Shown here piece after piece: positions 1 through 12,600 of a stretch of DNA of 64,000 nt (positions are counted from its first letter, which is position 1; each line of letters begins with the position of its first letter). The notes under the pieces were generated by a model. That model was not told the DNA's origin. It was given only the letters and a program-made list of their open reading frames with translations, and made no database searches. The stretch is from NCBI GenBank assembly GCA_900088475.1, contig FLMG01001544.1:15450-79449 (forward strand), given 5' to 3'. This DNA comes from Hyphochytrium catenoides. Its lineage: Eukaryota; Protista; Hyphochytriomycota. A program made the translations under genes and the position numbers.

Positions 1-3000
1 CAGGAGAAGCACGTCTTAGCCTTCTCGTTTTGAAGTATCGATTCCTTGGGTTCCCTACCTTCAGGAGCTTCTTCAATGGCCCTGGTGCCACTATTTCGAC
101 CACCATTTCCTGGCGGTCGTTTGCTGACCGTCTTAATATCTACATCGAAGCCAAGTGAGAGCAATCAAAAAGAAGCCCACGAGCGTTTACTTAGAATCAA
201 GGCAAAAAAAGTCTAGCATAGCATAGTGCGAGACAGAGGCCCTCTACTTCTTCACAATGAGGTAAAGTACTTAGACGACAAATGAGGAGAACGGCAATAG
301 AGAACAACGTACACCAGCAATTTGGGAAGCCTTTGATATGAGCTCTTCCTCTCCAATGGTCTCTCCAAGAGCTTGTGCGTGCCTGACGGGCAGAACTGCG
401 ACCCGCAGTCGGCGCGGAAATGAAAGTGTGGTCGGGTCCGTGTACAGAGCTAGTCGATCAAGCCCTGCTGCCCAGCCTGCAATCAGTGCAGGCGCGGGAA
501 GAAAAAAGCGAAAGGAAACGGAGAGTTTGGAGAAAAGTAAGTTCTCTCGCTGACAACCCCAGCTGTATCAGCTGCAACAAATGGTAGGTCTCGGATGACC
601 GTACCGATGGAAGGAACTGCTTGTCCAGTGAATATCTTGGCTAGTCCGTCATACCGTCCGCCCGCCAGGACTGCAAGCCCATTTCCTTGCTCTATAAACT
701 CAAAGATGGTCTCGCAATAATAATCCTAGGGCCAAGAGAGTTTTTATAAGGCTAATAAAGCAAAACTTTCAGGCTAGAGAAAGGGGCATCTTGAGCTTCT
801 CTGCGCTTGCTAGCATGAGAGGAGTCAAGTCCACAAGAAAGAATCAGTTTCAACGTTGAGCAGATAGAAACGAATCTAGACGAGGAAGACTCAGCAGGCA
901 ATGAGCATATTGAACTATGGAGAGGTAGTCCAGCCATTGAGATCAGCCAGGGACCATAGAAGCTTGATACTTAAGGAGAGAGTGCAATGCAGTCAACTGC
1001 AGTTGAGAGCAGGCATCTGACTTAATTGAACCAAAAGGACTCACCAAGCCCCTGACAAGCTTGTCATTGATTGTATAATCCATTTGCAGCTGGTCGAGGA
1101 TGGTGCGCAACGCCGCAAAGCGCTAGAGGAAGAGGCGCCTCAGTAGTGTGGGCAACTCCTGAAGTAGATTGAAGGAGCGACCAAAATGTGAAAGCACATC
1201 TGCCATACCTTGAAAGAGCTCTCGGAGAGGAAGTCAGCGAGCATAGGCGCCTCTTGCAGCAGTTGTTTGTCTCCTTCATCCTTGGAGTCTAGAATGCGAA
1301 GTAGACTACCTCTCTTCAGCCTACACAGATGGTCAATGCCTGCTGACTTCGTTCTAAGGTTGTAAGCAAAATCAACGTTTAATAACCTAGCCATTGACTA
1401 TGACTTGCCACTCGACGCTCTGCTACAACTAATGCTCACTTTCATCTGCTAGGACTCCCAGCTCTCTCCCTCTGATGAGTTATCTCTTACTTGACACCCT
1501 CTTCCGATCTCTAGCTCTCGAACTCGTTCCAAGAAGCCTGATGCCCGTCGTCCTGTCGCACCTACTTCTGCCTCTGTTGCAGAAGATATCACCAACATTG
1601 ACTCACCTCTCCAAACTATCAGCAGAGAGATGTGCAGTTTGGCCGCTAAGAAACGAGCTGAGAGACTTCTTATACGCCTCTCGGCTAGCGAAGGACAGAA
1701 GAGAGGGGAGGCAGGAAGAAGGGTCAGCTGTCTAGCTTCTCTCACATCGACTCTAAATATAGCTCATCATCTTTGGGCCTCACCTCTCATTGTCACCCAG
1801 AGAGTTGATCTGAAGCTCTGTCTTTATTCCCAACCGCTTCAGGGCCTCATATGCCATGGAGATTACCTTCACGCAAGGGAAGGGAAGTTGAGAGTGCGTG
1901 CGTAACTGCCACCAAGACACGCCGGTTCATACCTCAACATCTGCAAAAAGGTCTCCTTCACCTATGTATTCAACTCCTAATGTGTGACAGTTAGATTAAA
2001 GTGAGGCGATCTGGACACAGTGCCAAACTGATTGCAGACACAGAAGGCGATAAAGGCGGCGGAGAATGGACGGCAATGAGCTATCCCTAGGATCGGGAAG
2101 AAGCGAGTGCGATGATGTCTGAGAGGCACATACAGCACAGCGACTCGACATCTGTGCAAAAGGACAGTGGACGACTGGCACTTACCAAACTGTCTGAATT
2201 CTCGATAGCGCCCCTTCTGTGGCCTCTCATACCTACGTTAATCTGCCTTTAGTCACGGTCTGAATAGCCTTTTAGTTGCTACGCCCTTTTGCCTTGCAGC
2301 TGCCTTAGCTCTATTTCCTAATCCTGGCATCATCTAATGATACTTCGCTGTTTCCGTGGCCTGCGCTGTATCATTGCCTTACCTAAACATCTCTCCGCTG
2401 TAGAAGAGCTTTGATCTAGCTTCCTTGCTCTTATTTCTCCTCAGTGCAGCCCTCATTACCCCTTGCAAGGGAGAACGCGTAAGAAAGACAAGACTCAAAA
2501 AAGTGCCTCTATGAAGGTGAGCCAGACTGTCAAATACCAGCTGTTCCCTCAGGACGAAGCGCTATTTGTCTCCCTCCTAGATCTGTGAAGCAGTACATCT
2601 CCTATATCACATCACAAAGTAAATCTCGCTATTTCCCAAGCGTTAAATGGGGCTGAGAGTAGCAAAGTAGGATTGAGAAGAGCAAGATAGACAAAGAACG
2701 GGAAAGTAAAGGACGAGACGGGCTGCACGAAGTGTGCTAAAGAGAAGTGCGAGAGCTCGCCGCACTATATCCAATGTTGGCATAAAGTAGAATAGCAACC
2801 CAGCAGTAGGAGATGGGTACCTACAACGACGTAAACACTGAAAAGCAGCAGTAGAGACACGAAGAGGACAAAGAGGACGTAAAACAGAGGACAAGTAAGC
2901 TAACGCCAGAACAACGCGGGCTTTGCCCTTCTCCACCTTCATAACTACATCAGAGCCATCTCCAAGACTGCGATGGTACAGCTCCGCCGCCTCCATCACA

Positions 3001-3906
3001 GGTGTCCGCACCTGCAGATGAGGAAATTAGTTGTGAGACGAGCCATTGACAGGATCTGGGATCTACGAAAAGAAGAGTAGAGTAAACACTGAGGAGATGT
3101 GGGAACATATAGATACACTACACCGATGACTGGAGAGAGAGCTAAGGGATGGACGGCAGGAGTGCGAGGAGGGTAACCCAACGGAATAGACACGTGAAAG
3201 AGATGACATCCAAGCGGCGAAGAGGGCTGAAGATAGTATCGAACGATAAGGACGAAGAACAACTGAGGAGACGGGAAGTTTCTAGGACGAGTGAGACTAG
3301 CGTTTAGAGTTGGAACAGTCTAGGGGGCTTGGGAGCTAGCTCCTTGCAGGCAAGAGGGTTGAGAGACATACTGTCTAAGCTAGATGGGCATGGGGGAGAA
3401 CCCGCTGGGAGCTGAACCAAGTACCTCGAGGTAGAGTAAGAGTAGCCAGAGGAGTGACTAGAAGACGAGGGACCAAGCAGGAACATCTGCCTTACCCTCT
3501 TGAAGCCGAAGCTCTCCGCGGTGCGTTGTAGCACGTCCTCGACTGCCTCGGCCACTTCGACCTCTGACCCAAATGCGTCATGCGTCCCCCTCAATGGCTG
3601 CAGCGACAGTCTTTCTGCCTTCAATTTAGGGGACAGTTTGACGGACCGGTGCAACGATGAGAGAGTGAAGCAGAATCACCAGCGTTCACAAGTAGAGCCC
3701 GAAGAGCAATTGGACCCAAAGGTAAAGCTAAGCGAGACTCAGCTTTAAGAGATAGAATATTAGAGAACCATCTCTGCAGCTCTTACCTTTTCCGCCACGT
3801 TACTCGCAGACGAGAAACTATTACATCTCGCTATGGCATGAGGTCGTGACAGGAAGCGCCCAGCCAGACCGCCCACCGCCCTTGTTCTCCTCCGCAGCAG
3901 CTCCAT
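1..3906 (-). CDS. hisS: Histidyl-tRNA synthetase, bacterial type, probably mitochondrial; multi-exon; 3' end probably outside the window
   Basis: Minus-strand exons give LQPLRGTHD (~3590), [24 protein letters not shown] (~2940-3011), [10 protein letters not shown] (~2540-2570), motif 2 [16 protein letters not shown] (~2185-2232), LRILDSK (~1280-1300), [10 protein letters not shown]...[11 protein letters not shown] (~640-725) and WAAGLDRL (~450-475). The Arg-rich N-terminus [21 protein letters not shown] resembles a presequence. Confidence 0.93.
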
Positions 3907-4091
3907 GCTCAGCGTCCTCTTCATCTCATTAATCGATCGTGGTCCCTCTGTCGACAAAGTGTTGCCCGACCACGGTCTCTAGCAACTTCTCCCCACTCGC
4001 CCTCTCCCTCAGTAACCTCACGCCACGGTTATGATTGAGCTCATGAGTCTTCGTCGTTTCTCCTTGTGTCTCTCCTCCTCAGGGACATATT

Positions 4092-4152
4092 CTTTCTCTT
4101 TCTCTCTCTCTCTCTTCTCGCTCTCTCTCTCTCTCTCTCCCTCTCTCTTCTT
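4092..4152. repeat. (TC)n-rich microsatellite
   Basis: tctttctttctctctctctctcttctcgctctctctctctctctctccctctctcttctt read directly. Confidence 0.9.
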
Positions 4153-4397
4153 CGCTCCTTTCCGGCGGCTGGCGGTGAGGCTGCCTCTTCAGTCTCCTTT
4201 CTGATGCCAATGCCAATTGGGCAGAGATTTTTACTTTGCATATATTTCAATCTGAAACTTGCAGCGGAAACACATTAAGAAACGTAGCTACAGCACGATA
4301 TTATTTTCCATACACTTCGAAGAAACCTAGTCCATAATTCTGAAGATTTGTTGATGATGTGGAGACAGAGAGGCCAGAGAGGCCGGGTGCGCGCGCG

Positions 4398-4417
4398 CGA
4401 GAGAGAATGAGAGAGAG

Positions 4418-4463
<46 letters not shown>
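4398..4463. repeat. (GA)n-rich microsatellite preceded by a (GC)n run
   Basis: gcgcgcgcgcgagagagaatgagagagagaaagagagagaaagagagaaagagagagagagagagagaga read directly. Confidence 0.9.
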
Positions 4464-4600
4464 GTGAAGGCGAGATGGGTACTAGCGCTGCGGACTGAGG
4501 TTGAAGGCTCTTCGAAGGTGTCATCATCTCCCTGTCATTCACGGAGGCTCTCATCTCTCCACTCTCGGCTTCTTCCTACTCCTTGACCTCACGAGTCAGG

Positions 4601-7193
4601 ATGAATCTGCAGCCAGCAGCAGCATCGGCGCCAGGAAAGCTAATACTCTTTGGCGAGCATGCGGTGGTGTATGGAGTTCCAGCCATCGCTGTGGCCCTCA
4701 GCGACCTCAGAGTGTGGGTAGAAGTGGTAGGACGACCCTCCTGTTCAGCTTGACCTGTTTAGCACCTGGTCCCTTATAAGCTACTCTTCTCCTCGTGGCT
4801 AAGTGTAGCTATGACTATATGTCTTGATCCGGATCGTCAAGTTCTGCGGCTCTTAATGACGTCTGCTGCATCAGGCTGAACCTCGTTGTTGCTAGCTCCC
4901 ATCGCTCTATTCTTTACTTGTGTGTCTGTTCCTCTCTCCCTCTTCCAGCACACCTCTTTTCCAACATCGCGTCTCTTCCTCTCGGTACAGAGCTGTGTGC
5001 TGGCTTTCCTCTTCCTTTCCGCTCCTAACAGCTCCTCCTTCCTCGCTTCCTTTCGCTCTAGACACCTTTGTCCGCCCCTATCATCGAGTTCCACCTGACA
5101 GACCTGATTAGTCCTGGCACTGGTGAAGGGGTCCGGCAATCGCTAGATATCCAGTTGCTAAGGCAGAAGTTTGCTGCGTACCTAGACGCCACAGGTGTGT
5201 GCGTCTCGCTCTTTCTCTCTGTCTCTCTAACCTACCTAAGGACTGCCTTCTTATGTGACTCCCTTGATATCAATGTCCTCACCCATCCTAGTACAGGTTA
5301 ATCTATATTTGTCTATTATACCCTGGATCTTAACTGTACAATTCCTCATCTCTTCCTCTCATGGGACCGCCGGTGCCTCATTCTCTCTCGTAGAGCTGCA
5401 CAAGCCTTCGCCGCCAAGCGCCGAGCTCATTGCAACACTCCAGGAAGTATTTAGTGGGCTGGGGGAGCTAGAGGAGAAGGCACTGAAGCCTCTTCTGTTC
5501 CTGTCACTCTCTGTCCTTTCAGACCTCCTCCGCAGGTGAGACAGGGTATGAGCTCTTACGATGCCGTTCCGTATCACGCCCTAGTTGAAGATAGAGCTGG
5601 AGAGAGTCTTTCGCATTGTCAAAGAGCTACTTACACTTCTAACCGGCGGGATATGCGAGGAGATTGTTCCTCGAGGCACGAGGCGGTCTAGACGATATAG
5701 CATTATACTCGTTTGTAGTGCAAAAGAGAGAGATGCCAAGCCAAGGCATAGAGACATAAGCTGTCAAGCAGTTGACCCTAGATCCTACCACTCATGAGAA
5801 AGTGACTTATTTTACGATTCTGACTCTAGACATTGCGCCTTCCTTCTGCCCCTCTCTGTTTCCCACCGTGCTTTCTAGGGATTCCTTCCAGACAGGCGTC
5901 CGCCTTACTGCTTCCAAGTCATCTCTCCCGGTCGGAGCTGGGTTGGGGTCCTCAGCGGCATTTTGTGTGGCAGCTGCAACTGCGCTCTATTATAGCAGAC
6001 CAGATAGCACCAAGTCTGGGCTTTCGGACGAAGTCTTCCTTCTAGGTAATGCAACAAGAGATGGAGGTGCAAAACAGGCAGGAATGGAACAAAGAGAGAG
6101 TTAAGAGGCATGCGGCAAGGATCAGCAACAATAGTGCTGGAAGGGCAGCCTTCGGACTGACGTAGCTCTTACAGGAGGCGAAGAGGCATGCCTTGGAGCT
6201 AGTGAAGAGAGAAAGGAAACTGTTGGCGGCAGGAAGCCTCCACCTACTACATGCTCGCTTCTGAACTCTTGGGCTTATATGGCTGAGATTTTAATGCACG
6301 GCAGTCCTTCAGGTCTGGACAATTCTCTCAGTGTCTTCGGTGGAGCGGCGCGGTTCCTTCGGGAAAAGCAGAATATTGAACAGATCAGTGGTTTCCCAGA
6401 GCTGAAGCTCTTCCTCACAAACACTAAAGTGCCACGAAGCACGAAGAAGTTAGTCGGAGATGTACGCGCCCTGTACGAGCGTTATCCAGCCATTATAGCA
6501 GGCATATGGAAAGCGATAGAGGGCATAGTTGATGCTTGGATGGACGTTATCAAGGACAAAAAGGGAACAGAAGAAAGTATAAACCAAGAAGACCGAGAGA
6601 AGGCGCTAGAAGAGCTAATAGATATGAATCAAGCGCTGTTGAGAGCGGTGGGAGTCAGCCACCCTGCCATTGAGAAAGTCTGCGAGGTTACGACAAAGCT
6701 TGGAATCCCTTCCAAACTAACAGGCGCAGGTAAGGAGGAAAATTAAAAGTGTAAAGAGCGGAAAGAGAGAAACGGAGAGAGCCATGGCAAGACAATCAGG
6801 ACGGGGTTTATTGCCGCTAGAACTCGCCGATCAAGACCATAGGAGAGAGAAGGCGAGCTGGTAGAAAGAAAGGAAAGAATACTACAATCGAAGGGTTGGC
6901 GGTAAAGGCTTTGGTTGAAGAGCAGAATGTCTGTTCGAAAGGTGGTCTGAGCCCGGAGATTGGCAGATAGAGATGCTTGCCAGTGATCGGTAGCAGAGGC
7001 TGTGTTCACTCTGACAAGGAGTTACTCATATCGCTGCTTTGGTTTGTCCACAGGAGGTGGAGGGTGCACGTTAAGCTTTGTGCCACGCAGTAGTGAGGCG
7101 AACGCCATGCGAGCAGTCGAGGAGCTGTCATCCTTGGGTTACGACGTATTCGAGACACGCGTGGGAGGGCCTGGAGTACTCCTGCATTTATAG
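4601..7193 (+). CDS. MVK: Mevalonate kinase (GHMP kinase), multi-exon
   Basis: ATG 4601 [33 protein letters not shown]; [12 protein letters not shown] (~5925-5960); [20 protein letters not shown] (~6265-6325); KLTGAG|GGGC split by an intron; TAG at 7191-7193. Confidence 0.96.
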
Positions 7194-8435
7194 CGATACG
7201 CATTATCAAGACGTCAAGTTAAGTGCAGAGAGCCACCGAGCAAGGGACTAGGCCGGGACTTAGGTGCATTTATTCACCGCCTTCTCTCCTTGTTAAGATC
7301 CTTTTTTTTACTTTCTTTTTCACTCTCCATAGGTGCTCTGTCTTTCTCGTCTCTTCTCCCGTTTTTCATCTCATGGCCCTTTAGGGGTAGCAACACAGCT
7401 CTGTGCCTGTTATCCTCTCTAGCACCAGGCCGAACGCAGTCCTTATACTTCTCACTCTTACATTATGGGACGTCATCTAAACTCTTCTGTGTCTCGGCTT
7501 GTCCCATTCTCTGTCCCTTCCCACTCTCTCGACGCTCTACAACTTCACCCGCAGTCTTGGTGTTCTTAACCTAAAAAGACTCGACCCGTATGTTATGCAT
7601 AAATCCGATTGCTCCCTCATCAATCTGCTCGCGTCTATCTGCTCGCGTCTCGGCTGAAGTCAAAAAGAGAGACTTTAACTCTCGCTTTTTAAAGATTTGC
7701 CTCTATATCTCACCAGACTCTTCGCTTCTGTTCTGTCACCACTCTTGTCCAACCCTTCCCTTACCCTCCTTCCTCGCACAGCCAAACAAGTGACTCTTGG
7801 ACGCTGTAGGCCCTCTGCAAAGCCCACTTTCTCATCCCTTGTGCTTTTAAGTGGGCCCAAATGCCTTCTCTATGTAAGAGGAAGAAAGCTTGATCGTGGA
7901 TATATATGCTAGATATATAGCGAGAGGGAAGAGGCCTCTCACAGCAGCAGCATCGGCAGCAGTGTTCAAGTGGGAGAAAGATCCTGTCTCTTCACCTTTC
8001 TGTCAACTGCAAGGGCAGGAAGGCCAAGTAAGATCCTTGCACGCATTGAGAGGGAGGGACACAGGAAGATAGGAGAATGGCTGCATTGTCTGCTTGAGGG
8101 GCGTCAGAATGGGATTATAAAGAGAGACAGAAGAGATAATGTAGGAAGAGAGACAAAGTAGAACTAACCCTTTAGTGATTGAGGAGGAGAAAATAGAGAG
8201 AGAGAGCGCGAGCGTAGGAGAGAGAGCTGATGTCAGCCTTGTATAACGCTCTTTCCTCCCGGAAGACCAATGGGAGAGACTGACCAAAAGAGACCTACAC
8301 TCCTCGCAAGGGGAGAAGAGACATAAAAGAGAAGCAGACACAGAAAAGAAGAATGCATGAAGACGGTGAGGAGTTATAACANNNNNNNNNNNNNNNNNNN
8401 NNNNNNNNNNNNNNNNNNNNNNNNNNNNNNNNNNN

Positions 8436-8502
8436 AGAGAGAGAGAGCGAGAGCGAGAGAGAGGGAGAGAGATGGGGAGAGAGAGAGAGTGGGAGAGGAA
8501 GA
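8436..8502. repeat. (GA)n-rich tract adjoining the assembly gap 8382-8435
   Basis: agagagagagagcgagagcgagagagagggagagagatggggagagagagagag directly after the N run. Confidence 0.85.
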
Positions 8503-9637
8503 GGACCGCTTGACAAACTTTCTTGCTCTGGCGACATTTAGTTCGCTTTTACCATTATTACTATGCCGCTTATCACAAGATACAATGAGGGGAGGGCTGG
8601 ACCTATTATTACAATGGCCTCCAAGAAGACTGCAACATCATCCTCTTTGGCTCCACGCACACATCTCTCTCAACTCTCTCTCTCTCCCGCTCTTATATTT
8701 ACTTGTTCCCTGTATTTGTCTCCGCTCTGTCTCTCTCTCCTCTCCAGCTCTCTTCTGCTCATTGCTCCCTCTTGTCTCCTTCATGAACATAAGAGAGCTC
8801 AGCCATCGGCAGGAGCCAGAGACTTGCTGCAGCGACGAACGGACGAAGACAAGCAGCGCAGACATCCGTTGAGCCTTTCTCAATAGGAAGGCTTCTTCTC
8901 AGGAGAGGAATAACGAACGGGCCGTATGTCCCCTGTCCTTCAGAAGTACACTCGCTTTTCTTTCACCTCTTCCCATCGTGCTACTTCTTCTGTTCTTCTA
9001 TCTCTCTTTTGTGTCCTTTTCCACCTCAAGGGCCAGAACTGGTGATGAACTCTAGCGCTGAATCTGTCCTGTCGGCCATGCTGAGGAAAGAAAGGAGACT
9101 ATACTGAACAATAAAGGAGGTAAGCTGTTTGTGGTTGCGAACTCTCTGCCGGAAGCCTTGCCAGTGCTCTTTCTGTGGCAAGTCGTCCTTAGGGGCTCTG
9201 TTATCCGTTGATAGCTCTGCCTAGCCCATTAGCGCCTGCACAGGATGCTGTCTTCCTGGGTTTCTTCTTCTTCTTCTTCTCCATCTTCTGGCTCTCTCTT
9301 GTTCAAATGACACGGCCTGCAGCTTCTCATTATTCAACTATGGCCTCACAGGAAGGGATGTCTCAGATGGCAAGGGCTGTAGGCCAAGCATGCCTTTCTA
9401 TACGGCGTCTGGAATTGGCCGCTAGAGCTGTTCACACAGCCTTATCTCCATCCTCTTTCTCCCACTCACTCTAACTTTCTCCTCCTTAAACCTTACCTCT
9501 GTCTCTCTCCTCGGGTCCACTTCTCCATCTTCTCCATCTTCTCTTTCTTTTTCTCTATTTATTCCATCTCTATCCTTTCCTTATCCATGATGGGCATTCA
9601 GTGCTGAGTGAAGCGAGATCAAAGCTCCGCCGTTGAG

Positions 9638-12600
9638 ATGGACCCTCCTTTTGTGCCGCAAAGTCCGCCACTTTCTATGCCCATTACAGCGGACCCATCC
9701 ATCACCCCAATCACGAAAGACAGAGCCGGTAGCCCTTCGCTCCCCTTCCTTACACTTGTCTCTTTCTATCTCTCGTCCTGCCTCTGTCTTCGTGTACTTC
9801 CAGGTCATCCCTCATACGATCCTTTTAGTTTTTGCCATTGATCTCTCGCTGCCTCCCTCGCTTCGTCTTCTATCCTAAGTAGAGTTAACCTTCCGTCTCT
9901 TTCCCTTTTCCGCCTTTTCTGGTGACTTTGTTAAGAGTATTGCATCGTTCTTATGGTTGTCACACATATTCTTTGGCTCTCTCCTCCCAACAGAGCAAGG
10001 CTTACTCTTTGCTGATGGACAAAAACCAAAGTCTAAGATGCCGCGGACTCCACCCCTTTCCTCCAGTGGCCCTTCTTGCATCGCACCGCCTTTGCTCTCT
10101 CTCTCTTTCGGTCAACAACTGGTTGCTACGTCCAACCTCGTCTCTTCCTCAGAGATCTCCCGGTTACTTTGTCCTATGAAGAGACTCCAGGTCTCAGGGT
10201 TTAGCGATATTGAGGCCCATAAGTCACGCGTCGTCAAACGGGAGAGCTCAACGGCTTCATCGTTCTCAGTCGAGAGGTTCGCTTTCACCGTGAATACTAT
10301 ATCTTCTTTGCAGCCTTCCTTCTTGAGCTATTTAGCGTTTCCGTGTCTGAGTTATCTCAGGACTCAGTCTGACTCTCTTGTTCAGCGTCTACTCTTTATT
10401 TATCATTTTGTTGATGTCTAGCTTCCAACTTCTTGGGGCGCTAGGACCTCTTCAAAGCCCCTGTAGTGCCCTTGGCATCTTTTGCGAAGCGTACCATGAT
10501 TCAATGGTTCCACTGTAGCTTGTCATGTGGTCATTTCACTTCGTTTCCTTTGCTCTAAGGAAACAAGCATTAAGAAAAAAGTTAGCAAGACCCTAAGTCT
10601 CTTCCCCAGTTTGTCTGTTAAGCTCTCAGGTCTGAAGAGTCAAGAGCGCTTTGTTAAGGGAGAAGGCCGCACCAGGGCTGTAGCTGGCAGAGACTTTAGC
10701 CACCTACCCTCTGACATAGTGGTGGCTATTCTAGCGATGCTTAATGATGGTACGACATCCAAACGCTTTTAGTTGTGGAAGAGCCCCTTGAAATTTGCTC
10801 TCAGCTGCCCTATTTGGGCACGGTGGTACCTTCCCATTGTAATGCCGGCGGGGTTGGCAGGAGCCTTACCCCATGTGTTTAACTCCTTTTGCCTAATATC
10901 AACTGCCTGTAAAGTATTGTGGCCCTAAAGAACGCTCGTTGTTTACCTCTCGCAGAGGACGTCTTGCTTCGATTCGAGGCTGTTTGCAGACTTTTTCGCG
11001 ACCTATCCTTAAAGGTAAAATCCTTCAGGGCAGTTCTCACTTCTCCTCTAGCCGGGGCACCTCCGCTGGGATGCTTCATATTCTTCTCTCATAAGACCCT
11101 GCGAACTGTTTTCAACAAACTTCCTAATCATTTGCCGAACATTCTCCATACAAGTGCCCAGAAAGATGGCTTCGAGTGGACCTATTGGACCGAGATCTCG
11201 TCATAAATGACCCTATGCTGAAGAGCTTCCCTAAGTGAGTTAGAACGAAGGGGTCTTATCCGCCTTGGGCTTCGGCCATAACACTTCTAATGCTCACTCG
11301 CTTTCTAATGCTCACTCCTTCCCGCGGGCTTGTAGGCGCTTGCGAGGAGTCTCCAAATTGATCCTCGGGGATTGCCCATCCCTCAAGAGAGCCCATGAAA
11401 GGTCAGTCATAGTTGCCTCTCTCCATGGGGGCAGGTACATCTGTATCCATAGTATTAGCATCAGCACAGGCCTCTTGACCTTCTAATCCGCCCACGCCTC
11501 GTCTTGAACCTAACGGTCTCTCGTAGTATATATCAGATGTTGCAGAGCTGCCCCTGGGTGCAGTCAGTGCGTTTATGTGCCAGGTATGCTTTACCGGAGG
11601 AGAGAAAAGAGGACGAGCTATATGTAGGATAAGGAAGGGGTAGATGAAAAGTGGAAAGGACGACGTCTGAGAAGTGCGAAGCTATGCAGAAGAAGTGAAA
11701 CCGAAGGATCTTGATTGACACTCTTTCCAGCGACTTCCCGCGTGCTGTGCTGTTAAATTCCAAGTTGCAAGAGCTGATGAGCCGCTCACTCTTGTCAGTG
11801 CAAGGCAGTGTCCTCAGGCGCGGAGGAGGTCAGATGCCTCTTCTTATTAGCATAGATTAGCCTCTCCGCCATGATTGGTTTTCTATAGTGATCACTGGCA
11901 TCTCGATCCTCCCTCCTCGGGATGAATCTACCGCTACCTAACAGTCTACGTAGGCTCAGTCGTGTTATCTTAGTGCTTTCAGACTTTTGTCGGCCGAGCC
12001 ATCTTCCTTTGTGAGCTATCCCGGTCTATCATCTTGCTAACGTTTGGTGGTCACCTTTCTCTCAACTGCCCTGTCTGCCCTACTTCTAGCGATTAGTGGA
12101 GTTCATCTGCTGCTGGGAGTCAACCTTCTTGCCCTTGTTCGGCACTTCACACTGAGCGACGAGGAGTTTCTTCGTGCATTTCTCATTGGCCGATACTTTC
12201 TAGGTGGGTGGAGGCAAGCTTGAACAGCAGCAAGGTGGTCTATGAATGACAACAAAAGAGACAGTGTACACTGGTTATCGGAAGGCGGATAGGGCACGGA
12301 GTCTGCAAACATTGAGCTGCTGACTCATTTGCTTCATCTGTCTCTTCTATTTTTCCCGTAGACAACCATAAAGCACGACAAACTGCAGCCAGGAAAGGGT
12401 TGCTGCCCGACAGTTTAGTCATCTTCTCCCTTTATGCTGCCTGTAAACTAGGCAACAGGAGAGGAGAGTTGCACATGTCAGACATCGTACAGGTTTACAC
12501 CCGGAACCACCTGCAGGGAGACAGAGCGAGTAAGAGGAGGAGCATTCTACTCGCAGTCGAGGAGAGCCGAAGGTTTGAATATTGCTTGTCGTTTTTCCAA

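Larger units (their letters stand above)
3907..4600. promoter_or_regulatory. Putative bidirectional promoter between HisRS and mevalonate kinase
   Basis: About 700 bp between divergent start codons (3906 minus, 4601 plus). AT-richer core at ~4225-4355 flanked by oppositely oriented GA tracts. Confidence 0.5.

Noticed and set aside
4041-4586. ORFs rich in ERERER or SLSLSL
   Set aside because: Translations of GA/TC microsatellites, not proteins; the same applies at 8295-8872 and 52854-53313
8563-9474. Possible further 5' exons of the F-box/Rb_B gene (MASKKTAT..., ~9030-9119)
   Set aside because: Could not be spliced without stops in any frame I tried; may be UTR. No pocket-A-like sequence was recognised. 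Left out of the model.
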